DNA of 19,290 nt, from contig CAYLZE010000090.1 of assembly GCA_964388035.1 (NCBI GenBank), positions 1,901 through 21,190 of the forward strand, read 5' to 3'. A program made the translations under genes and the position numbers. Shown here in pieces: positions 9,864 through 17,628 of this stretch (positions are counted from its first letter, which is position 1; every line of letters begins with the position of its first letter). Below the pieces are notes generated by a model. It had not been told where the DNA came from, did no database searches, and saw nothing but the letters and a program-made list of their open reading frames with translations. Source of the DNA: an uncultured archaeon (GTDB lineage Archaea; Asgardarchaeota; Lokiarchaeia; Sigyniarchaeales; SOKP01).

Positions 9864-10495
9864 AAGGATAATGTAAGAAACCAAAGTAGAAAAAGCATCA
9901 TTCAAATTGTGGAGAGACACGTTTTTATTTGTCTATATTCGTTCAGCTTAATCCGAATCCTATACTTCTGATAAGATCATGATATCATTGTTCCTTGTTT
10001 TTTCAGATTACGAATTTCCATTCATTTTCGTACATTCTCTTCGATAATAAATTAAATTATTGAAATTATCGAATAAAATCTTTCTTTTTTTATAATATAT
10101 AAAAAAATTGAATTCAAATATGGAACTCTCTAAACCTTTTTTAGAGAATTCATTTCTTAAATGAAACGGTTATTATTGGAAAAAGAATGAATTTTGAGCA
10201 TTTGCAAATATTTTTCTTATATTACTTATTTTTGTATACATTTTATTTTTATTTGACTGAAAGAAGCAAGCTTACTTCCTTAATCGAAATAGTAGATATT
10301 CTCAAAATTCAATAGAGAAGGTTTCATTTTCTTCCAATAAAAATTAACTTTTTTTTCAAATATGAAAGTTTTCAATCGAAAGAATATTATTTTATTCAAC
10401 TTTCAGATTATTAAGGTTCTCAATACTTTTATATTAGAGAGAAAATAAGTTCTCTAAAATTAGTGAAGAGTAGATGTATAATATAAGGGTTATCC

Positions 10496-11419
10496 ATGGC
10501 GTTTAAACCAGAACAAGCTCTAGGCGAACAAGGGCAAGATTTCATGGAAGAGGGTGTTAGAGAGGAAGTTCCCGTTCATTTTGTTTGGTTCATCCTTTCA
10601 TTCCTATTAATATTCATGGGGTCATTATTACTTCCCAGTATTATGTTTATGGTATACGTATTGTATTTTTTTGTTCCCTATTTTTTGGATGTTACTAATT
10701 TTATCATGGTATTTAACAATAATCTGAGTCTACTTGCCCTTCTTACCTTTCCTTTGATGTTAATTGCATGCTACTTGGTACGCCTGTATTTCATCGCTAT
10801 TTTTACACGCATTTTTTGGAGATACACGGAAAGAAAAATGCCGACGAAAGATGGGATTATTCCTCGCAATTTTGCCAGTAAAACCTTGGAATATTATCAT
10901 AAACGATCATTTTTAATAAAATATCCTAAAAATACCTTCATGAAAGGAGTGTTTCCATGGTTAATTAATTGGCTTTATAAATATGTAGGGACCAATAAAG
11001 TAGGAAAGGGTGCAACTATCGAAGAACAATTTGGTGCAGATAAATTCGTGGATATTGGAAAGAATAGTTATATTGGAGTGGGCTCAGGAATTAGCTCCCA
11101 TGTCGTTGAAGGCATTTTTGGTAATATTCCTTATTTTGAAATAAAAATTGGAGATAATGCAACTTGTGCGGCCCGAACGACTCTTGGGCCGGGATGCAAT
11201 ATTAAAAATGATTCTTACATGTTTCCTATGGCTTGCGGAACTAAATTCAATGAAACTAAAGGGGATGGACATTTTTATTTTGGAATGCCCTTTCGAAAAA
11301 TATTTAAGAAAAAAATCATGGAATATTTGAAAGTATCAGAAGAGGATTTAGAAAGGGCAGAAAATCTAAGAATGAAAAGAGAGAATCAAACTTCTAATCA
11401 ATTAAGAGAGAGAGAATAA
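10496..11419 (+). CDS. Cassette 1 gene A: membrane-anchored left-handed beta-helix (hexapeptide-repeat) acyltransferase-like protein, resembling one repeat of the Pls/NRPS terminal domain
   Basis: Two TM helices, PTKDGIIPR linker, hexapeptide repeats (KVGKGATI, DIGKNSYIG, KIGDNATC, TLGPGCNIKNDS), SSHVVEG, terminal FYFGMP. Paralog of 13890..14765. Confidence 0.85.
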   Translation: MAFKPEQALGEQGQDFMEEGVREEVPVHFVWFILSFLLIFMGSLLLPSIMFMVYVLYFFVPYFLDVTNFIMVFNNNLSLLALLTFPLMLIACYLVRLYFIAIFTRIFWRYTERKMPTKDGIIPRNFASKTLEYYHKRSFLIKYPKNTFMKGVFPWLINWLYKYVGTNKVGKGATIEEQFGADKFVDIGKNSYIGVGSGISSHVVEGIFGNIPYFEIKIGDNATCAARTTLGPGCNIKNDSYMFPMACGTKFNETKGDGHFYFGMPFRKIFKKKIMEYLKVSEEDLERAENLRMKRENQTSNQLRERE

Positions 11420-11424
11420 TTAAA

Positions 11425-12369
11425 TTGACTCAAGAACACGAAGAGATAGATTCTATGGAGGATTCGAAAGAAGAAGAAGAGGAAAATGAAATAGAAGAGG
11501 ATGTTTTTGATGAAGAAGGGGATATCATCTTAGATTTTACTACCAGTAGCGCCATCAGTCGTATCAATATTAAATTTCTTGTAGTCTACATTCCCTTTTT
11601 CTGGATTTGTGGAATTGGGGAAGCAATTTTTTGGTATGAATGGACTAAAAATTTACCTCCCATACAAACCAATCCAACTGCGTGGATAGGCACCATCCTT
11701 CTTTTACCATTTGCTTTTCTGTGCATGTATTTTATTTTTATTCTGGAAGCGGCTTTCTTTGGAAAACTATTCTTAACCTTAATTAATCTAATTCACAAAC
11801 CAAAAGAAGGTATCTTCAGAGCGGAACTAGGAGATACGGATTTTGAATTTTGGTGCTTACGCACGGAATTAAAAAAATTCGTCTTTTGGTTAATCCGAAA
11901 TTGTCCCATTCCCTGGATTGATGTTTTAGCATTTCGCTGGTTCGGAATAAGAATCAATTTCTCGAGCCATTTGAATGATGCTTGGTGCGATGGAGAGTTC
12001 ATGAAATTTGGGAGAAGAGTAATGGCGGGACAAGCGAGTGTATTAATGTGTTCAATGGTAGCTGGTAATTATCTTATTATTAAAGAAGTAGTCTTTAATG
12101 ACTATATTGTAATTGGAGGAATTTCAAGCATTGCTCCTGGAACAATTTTTGGTAGTGACACGGTATTAGGGGCAGTTTCGATAACAACCTACGACCAATT
12201 ATTGGAAGCGGGATGGATATATTCCGGGATTCCAGCAAGGAAATATAAGCCAAATAAATTATATGAAATGAGACGAGATGTCATTGCTAAAATCGATGTG
12301 GATAGCGAACAAAGAATTGATGTGAAGCACGAGGTTAACGTTGATGAAGATAAAAAAGATTTGGCTTAA
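11425..12369 (+). CDS. Cassette 1 gene B: membrane-anchored left-handed beta-helix protein, Pls/NRPS terminal-domain-like repeat
   Basis: TTG start 5 nt after the gene A stop, acidic N-terminus, two TM helices, KPKEGIFR..DFEFWCLR, AFRWFGIRI, KFGRRVMAGQ, VIGGISSIAPGTIFGSDTVLG, WIYSGIPA. Paralog of 14773..15675. Confidence 0.85.
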   Translation: MTQEHEEIDSMEDSKEEEEENEIEEDVFDEEGDIILDFTTSSAISRINIKFLVVYIPFFWICGIGEAIFWYEWTKNLPPIQTNPTAWIGTILLLPFAFLCMYFIFILEAAFFGKLFLTLINLIHKPKEGIFRAELGDTDFEFWCLRTELKKFVFWLIRNCPIPWIDVLAFRWFGIRINFSSHLNDAWCDGEFMKFGRRVMAGQASVLMCSMVAGNYLIIKEVVFNDYIVIGGISSIAPGTIFGSDTVLGAVSITTYDQLLEAGWIYSGIPARKYKPNKLYEMRRDVIAKIDVDSEQRIDVKHEVNVDEDKKDLA

Positions 12370-12377
12370 ATAAAAAT

Positions 12378-12383
12378 AGGTGA
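12378..12383 (+). promoter_or_regulatory. Shine-Dalgarno site of cassette 1 gene C
   Basis: AGGTGA 6 nt upstream of ATG at 12390. Confidence 0.7.
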
Positions 12384-12389
12384 AAAAAA

Positions 12390-13307
12390 ATGTCAGTTCC
12401 TTCTAGCTTACGAGTCGGCCCATTTGTTTCCAATGTCTTGGTGAAAAAACGATATTTATTTTTTCATTTCCTGCTAATCTGGGCCAGTATCATTCCGATA
12501 ATGTTGGAATTTTGGATATATTGGCAGTTTTTCTGGAATTACGCACGTCCCGTACATTTCTATATTTATTTACCCTTGTTATTCTTCTTAATGTACCTCA
12601 CACTTGCGGGAAGTGCACTTATCTTTGCAAAGTTATTATTAATGATTGTAAATGCGGTTTACCCCGCAAAAGAAGGAGTATTTCTTAGGGATGCATCGGA
12701 TAAAGATTATCGATTTTGGAGCATGCGTAATGTAATTAAGAAATGGCCCGTTTGGATTTGTCATAAATTCCCCTTTCCATTTTTAGATAATATAGCATTT
12801 AAAATGTTTGGCGTCAAGACAAAGTTCTCAAATTCTCTTTTTGAGGGATGGGTAGATACAGAATTCATAGAATTTGGACATAACGTGGTCGTGGGACAAG
12901 GTGCATTAGTCATGAGTGCTCTTATAATTGGCAATTTTCTTATTATTCGGAAAACTATTATTGAAGATAATGTAAGGATTGGAGCTCATTCCATTATTCT
13001 TCCGGGCACGCATGTTGGAAAGAATTGCGTGTTAAATACGTGGTCTACGACTATTGTTGGTCAAGAACTGGAGGATGGATGGATATATAATGGTGGACCT
13101 GCAAAAAAATTTAGAAAAAATCACTTTTTTCAACCCGGATTAGAAGGAAGAATCAAAGGAGTATCGAAAAATACGAAAGAATTGAGGGAAAGATATGATA
13201 GTCAATATGAAAAACGCCACGACGAGAAAATATCTATCATAAAACGCATAAAACGCAGAAAAGAGATAAAGGAAGAAGAATCTAAGATTTGGGAAAAGGT
13301 GGATTAA
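12390..13307 (+). CDS. Cassette 1 gene C: membrane-anchored left-handed beta-helix protein, Pls/NRPS terminal-domain-like repeat
   Basis: Two TM helices, PAKEGVFLR..DYRFWSMR, FKMFGVK, EFGHNVVVGQGA, IEDNVRIGAHSIILPGTHVGKNCVL, WIYNGGPA, charged helical tail. Confidence 0.88.
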   Translation: MSVPSSLRVGPFVSNVLVKKRYLFFHFLLIWASIIPIMLEFWIYWQFFWNYARPVHFYIYLPLLFFLMYLTLAGSALIFAKLLLMIVNAVYPAKEGVFLRDASDKDYRFWSMRNVIKKWPVWICHKFPFPFLDNIAFKMFGVKTKFSNSLFEGWVDTEFIEFGHNVVVGQGALVMSALIIGNFLIIRKTIIEDNVRIGAHSIILPGTHVGKNCVLNTWSTTIVGQELEDGWIYNGGPAKKFRKNHFFQPGLEGRIKGVSKNTKELRERYDSQYEKRHDEKISIIKRIKRRKEIKEEESKIWEKVD

Positions 13308-13315
13308 AGAACTTA

Positions 13316-13720
13316 TTATGAACTTTTCTTGTTTAAAAGTTCCTCCCTAACAAATTTCTTCAATTTCATGCACGTTTTTTTGAATTCTTGCTCATGCGTA
13401 TAAAATAGAGATGTTCTTGGACAAGATCCATCCAAAATGCATTGCTTCTTATTGATATCATAAATCATGGGATAGAACTTGCACCCTTTTGGACGAATAT
13501 CATAAATTCTACAACTTTTATCGTTTTTATTAAAAAAGTAACAATTATTTTCCATGTTCGTCATTTGATAAAGCCCATCTTCATTCTTAAAGAAGAAATC
13601 TTTTATAGTTGAATTATTAAAATAATTTAATTGAATCCGCTTGATATCCCTTGCAGACAGAAGCATTTCCGTTTGAATGCAACATAGCCCACAATCTTCG
13701 CATTTTGGAAAATTAGACAT
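13316..13720 (-). CDS. YkgJ family cysteine-cluster protein (CxxCxxCC, putative Fe-S or Zn binding)
   Basis: CEDCGLCC, NNCYFF, CRIYDIRPKGCKFYP, plus two further Cys (QCILDGSCP). Confidence 0.9.
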   Translation of the reverse strand: MSNFPKCEDCGLCCIQTEMLLSARDIKRIQLNYFNNSTIKDFFFKNEDGLYQMTNMENNCYFFNKNDKSCRIYDIRPKGCKFYPMIYDINKKQCILDGSCPRTSLFYTHEQEFKKTCMKLKKFVREELLNKKSS

Positions 13721-13889
13721 TTTTGAGAACTCTATTAATATTCCATCTATGATTAAGTTAGCTATGTTTTAGTTATGATGAGAATTTTGAAGAGAATTTT
13801 GATGCATTAATACTAACGATTTATGAATTTTTAGGATAATATTTATAACGTAAAAAGTACAAGAATTCATATAAATATTTGTATTAAAC

Positions 13890-14765
13890 ATGGAAGCAGC
13901 ACTGAATCCTTCAAATAATGATAGTAACCAGCTTAAGTCCGCTGAAGTGAAACTCCAATTTCATTGGTATTTATTGGGGTTTTTTATTATATATTTGGGT
14001 TCTTTTATCGTTCCAAGTATTGTTTTCATGAGCTATTTAGTATTATTTTATTTTCCTTATTTTTTAGAGCAGAAAGTATTGATGAATATATTCACAAATA
14101 TCAATTCATTAATAGCGGCAATTCTCTTACCATTAATCTTTCTTGGATGTTATCTTATTCATGTTTTGATGATGGGACTATTTACACGTTCGTTATGGAG
14201 GCTTACCGAAAAAATTTCTCCTACAAAAGAGGGTATCATTCCTAGAAATATAGAAAGCAAGACTCTGAATTTTTATCATATCCGCTCTTTTTTGCTAAAA
14301 TATCCCAAAAACTCTATTGTAAAGGGGCCTTTTCCGTGGTTGATTAATTGGTTTTATAATTTCGTGGGAACAAACAAAATTGGAAAAGCTACTACTATTG
14401 AAGAACAATTTGGAGCCGATAGATTTATTGAAGTGGGAGAGAATAGTTATATTGGAGTAAATTCGGGATTTAGTTCCCATTCTGTTGAAGGTGTTTTTGG
14501 AAATATCGCTTATTATAAGATCATCATAGGGGATAACGTGACAACAGCAGGATTGAATTGCTTAGCACCTGGTGTTGAGATAAAGGATAATTCTTACTTG
14601 CTTCCAATGGCGGGAGCAACTAAATTCAACAAACTTAAAGGAGACAATTTTTATTTTGGCATTCCCCTAAGAAAAATCTTTAAAAAAAAAACAATGGAAT
14701 ATCTAAATTTATCTGAAGAAGAAGTGGAGAAAGTTTATTTGAATGAATCTACAAATCTAGAATGA
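13890..14765 (+). CDS. Cassette 2 gene A: membrane-anchored left-handed beta-helix acyltransferase-like protein
   Basis: Colinear with 10496..11419 (TKEGIIPRN, RSFLLKYPKN, FPWLINW, VGTNKIG, IEEQFGAD, SSHSVEGVFGNI, FYFGIP). Confidence 0.85.
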   Translation: MEAALNPSNNDSNQLKSAEVKLQFHWYLLGFFIIYLGSFIVPSIVFMSYLVLFYFPYFLEQKVLMNIFTNINSLIAAILLPLIFLGCYLIHVLMMGLFTRSLWRLTEKISPTKEGIIPRNIESKTLNFYHIRSFLLKYPKNSIVKGPFPWLINWFYNFVGTNKIGKATTIEEQFGADRFIEVGENSYIGVNSGFSSHSVEGVFGNIAYYKIIIGDNVTTAGLNCLAPGVEIKDNSYLLPMAGATKFNKLKGDNFYFGIPLRKIFKKKTMEYLNLSEEEVEKVYLNESTNLE

Positions 14766-14772
14766 GGAAAAC

Positions 14773-15675
14773 ATGATGCAACATATTGATGATGAAATTG
14801 ATGCGATTCATGAACAAAATTCTAATCTAGATAATGATGAGCAGATTTCAGACTATATACTTGATTTCAATACTAGTAGCGCGATTTCTAATATAAGTTT
14901 AAAATTCTTGGTGCTATACATACCTATATTTTGGCTTAGCGGGTATTTAGTGATTACAATAGTAATTATGGCTTATAATGACCTTAACTTAATATTATTT
15001 ACTCTATTACTTCCTTTGATGTTAATTGGCATGTTTTTTCTATTTATTTTGAATGCAGTTTTTTTCACTAAATTATTTCTTACTTTTATCAATCTCATCC
15101 ATAGACCAAAAACCGGAATATTTAAAGCCATAAAGGGGGATAAGGATTTTGAATTTTGGAGATTAAGAATTGAATTGAAAAAGATTGGAGTATGGTTATT
15201 GAATAATTGTCCCTTACCTTTTACTGATGTATGGGCATTTAAATGGTTTGGAGCAAAGATGAATATTCTTAGCCATCTTTACGATGCTTGGGTGGATGTT
15301 GAATTCGTTGAAATGGCACGGAGAGTGACGGTCGGCCAAGGGGCAGTGGTGATGAGTTCCATGGTGGTAGGAAAGTATTTAATCATAAAAGAAATTACCT
15401 TTGATGATTATTCTGTCATAGGGGGGGTTTCTAATATTGCGCCAGGTACTTTTGTGGGAAATGATACGGTAATTGGAGCATTTTCTAGCAGTTCTTTCGG
15501 CCAAATCTTGGAACCAGGCTGGATTTATTTCGGAATCCCCGCCATAAAGTTAAAGAGAAACAAATATGCGGAAGAGAGAAGCGATATTATCATCGAGCGA
15601 GATGTAGATAATCAAAAGAAGTACGAAGTAAAGAGTGAAATTAATATTGACGAAGATAAAAAGGAGTTATTATAA
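14773..15675 (+). CDS. Cassette 2 gene B: membrane-anchored left-handed beta-helix protein
   Basis: Colinear with 11425..12369 (ILDFNTSSAIS, DFEFWRLR, SHLYDAWVD, IAPGT, WIYFGIPA, DEDKKEL). A GAGG RBS at 14764-14767 overlaps the upstream TGA stop. Confidence 0.85.
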   Translation: MMQHIDDEIDAIHEQNSNLDNDEQISDYILDFNTSSAISNISLKFLVLYIPIFWLSGYLVITIVIMAYNDLNLILFTLLLPLMLIGMFFLFILNAVFFTKLFLTFINLIHRPKTGIFKAIKGDKDFEFWRLRIELKKIGVWLLNNCPLPFTDVWAFKWFGAKMNILSHLYDAWVDVEFVEMARRVTVGQGAVVMSSMVVGKYLIIKEITFDDYSVIGGVSNIAPGTFVGNDTVIGAFSSSSFGQILEPGWIYFGIPAIKLKRNKYAEERSDIIIERDVDNQKKYEVKSEINIDEDKKELL

Positions 15676-15682
15676 TTATCTA

Positions 15683-15688
15683 AGGTGA
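15683..15688 (+). promoter_or_regulatory. Shine-Dalgarno site of cassette 2 gene C
   Basis: AGGTGA 6 nt upstream of ATA at 15695; same motif and spacing as in the paralog. Confidence 0.6.
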
Positions 15689-15694
15689 TATGAA

Positions 15695-16633
15695 ATATCT
15701 GTTCCTTCCTCTCTCAAAGCAGGACCATTTACTACTCAACTATTAATTAAGAAACGATATCTTTTATTTCATGTTTTCCTCATCTTCAGTACTATTTTCA
15801 TTGTTCAATTTGAATTCTGGCTATATTGGAATTTATGCTTCCATGAAAACTTCATCATTTTTGTTTTCTTTCTTCCTTTTTTATTAATTTTGATGTATTT
15901 CAGTAGTATATTCATTTCTCTCCTTATTGCGAAAATCTTGTTATTAATTACCATTTCTATTTGCCCACTAAAAGAGGGCGTGTTCCTTAGGGACCCTCCC
16001 AGTAAGGATTATCGCTATTGGTGTATGAGGAGTGTGATCAAGAAATGGCCTGTTTGGCTTAGTCACAAATTTCCCTTTCCATTTTTAGATAATCTTTGTT
16101 TTAAATTATTCGGTGTCAAAACAAAATTATCTAACTCCCTTTTTGAAGGATGGGTGGATACGGAGTTCATTGAATTTGGTGATAACGTGGTAGTAGGACA
16201 AGGTGCTATTATTCAATCCGCAATGATAGTGGGCAATTTGTTAATTATAAAGAAAACTAGAATTGATGATAACGTGCACATTGGAGCTCATTCATTCGTA
16301 ATGCCTGGCACGCATATTGGTGCTAATGCAATATTAGCTGCTAGTTCCGCTACGACTGTTGGACAAGAACTGGAAGAAAATATGATTTATGTTGGAGTCC
16401 CTTCAAAAAAATATAAAGAAAACAAATTTTTTGAAGATGGCCTTGAAAATATTTTAGATAAGACAATAAAAAATGCAGAAGGCATCAGGAAAAAGTATGA
16501 ACAAATGTACGTTAAACGACATGATGAGCATCTTCCTTTATTAGAACGATATCACCATTATCAAGAAATTAGAGAAGAAGAGAAATCCCGATTAGAAAAA
16601 GCCTTGCTAAAAAATGTGAAAAAAGAAGAATAA
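15695..16633 (+). CDS. Cassette 2 gene C: membrane-anchored left-handed beta-helix protein; start extended upstream to a non-canonical ATA
   Basis: The ORF track starts at 15890, but the same frame is open back to TGA at 15686-15688 and reads (ATA)SVPSSLKAGPFTTQLLIKKRYLLFHVFL..., matching MSVPSSLRVGPFVSNVLVKKRYLFFHFLL of 12390..13307. Confidence 0.8.
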   Translation: MSVPSSLKAGPFTTQLLIKKRYLLFHVFLIFSTIFIVQFEFWLYWNLCFHENFIIFVFFLPFLLILMYFSSIFISLLIAKILLLITISICPLKEGVFLRDPPSKDYRYWCMRSVIKKWPVWLSHKFPFPFLDNLCFKLFGVKTKLSNSLFEGWVDTEFIEFGDNVVVGQGAIIQSAMIVGNLLIIKKTRIDDNVHIGAHSFVMPGTHIGANAILAASSATTVGQELEENMIYVGVPSKKYKENKFFEDGLENILDKTIKNAEGIRKKYEQMYVKRHDEHLPLLERYHHYQEIREEEKSRLEKALLKNVKKEE

Positions 16634-16774
16634 TCTCATCAAATTTTATCTGTAGCCTATTTTTTAAATGGTATTCTTCATAAATCTCATGAGACATGCT
16701 TTCAATTAGAAATTAATATTTTATAAGCAATAAAATAAAAAAATGTGAATTACTGAAAATTTTAGGTGGTCCAA

Positions 16775-17611
16775 ATGGAACCTATTATAACCTTTTCTAT
16801 CATTATATATTCCATAATTACCTTATATATTTACATATTTATAGCAGCCATCATAGGGATTTCGAAAAAAAATAATGCAATCATGGATGTTTTTTATGGT
16901 CCCGGGTACTTTGTGCTTATTGCGAGTAGCTGGGCATTCCATATTTATTTCACCAAGTCATTCACTCTACGTCAGATCATTACTACCATTCTGATCTTAA
17001 TTTGGTCAATTAGACTTGCCACTTATGTTCATATCAGAAATCGTGGGAAGCCAGAGGATAAAAGGTATGCGAACATGAGACAAAAATGGAAAAATCAAGG
17101 GAAAAGCGTGGTTTTAATGAGTATAATGAAGATTTATGTATTTCAAGGATTGGTGATCATTATCGTGGGATTTGCTGGAGTTTGGATTAATGTAATTGAC
17201 GATCCTCTCCTTTCTCTATTTCAAGATCCTCTTGGTCTTACTTTATGGATCGGAATTGTAATTTGGGCACTAGGTTTTTACTTTGAGACTGTGGGGGATT
17301 TTCAATTATATTCTTTTCTACACGATCCCAATCGTACGAAACGTATTATGGATGAAGGTTTATGGAAATATACACAACACCCTAATTACTTTGGAGAAGT
17401 CACTCAATGGTGGGGGATCTATATTATCGCAATAGGAGTTCCGTATGGGTTTATCATGATTTTTAGTTCCCTCTATATTACTTGGCAAATCATTAGTGTA
17501 TCTGGAGTGCGATTATTAAGTAAAAATTTTCAAGGTAATGAAGAATATCAAGCCTATCAAAAACGAACGAGTCAATTCATTCCTTGGTTTCCTAAAAAAG
17601 AGAAAAAATAA
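16775..17611 (+). CDS. DUF1295 family membrane protein (steroid 5-alpha-reductase/ICMT-like superfamily)
   Basis: IMDVFYG, WSIRL, EDKRY, VFQG, ETVGDFQL, GLWKYTQHPNYFGE..WWG, YQKRTSQFIPW. ATG at 16775 is preferred over GTG at 16766 because AGGTGG (16764-16769) then serves as RBS. Confidence 0.9.
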   Translation: MEPIITFSIIIYSIITLYIYIFIAAIIGISKKNNAIMDVFYGPGYFVLIASSWAFHIYFTKSFTLRQIITTILILIWSIRLATYVHIRNRGKPEDKRYANMRQKWKNQGKSVVLMSIMKIYVFQGLVIIIVGFAGVWINVIDDPLLSLFQDPLGLTLWIGIVIWALGFYFETVGDFQLYSFLHDPNRTKRIMDEGLWKYTQHPNYFGEVTQWWGIYIIAIGVPYGFIMIFSSLYITWQIISVSGVRLLSKNFQGNEEYQAYQKRTSQFIPWFPKKEKK

Positions 17612-17628
17612 AATATTAAATAATAATG

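Noticed and set aside
9875-10055. Minus-strand frame interrupted by TGA codons (possible selenoprotein)
   Set aside because: No redox motif around the TGAs, no recognisable family and no evident SECIS.
9457-10100. Cobalamin riboswitch or NrdR boxes upstream of nrdJ
   Set aside because: No B12-box or GCCACTG core is visible on the minus strand. ACCCTATATATTTAAA matches only half of an NrdR box and is better explained as a TATA element.
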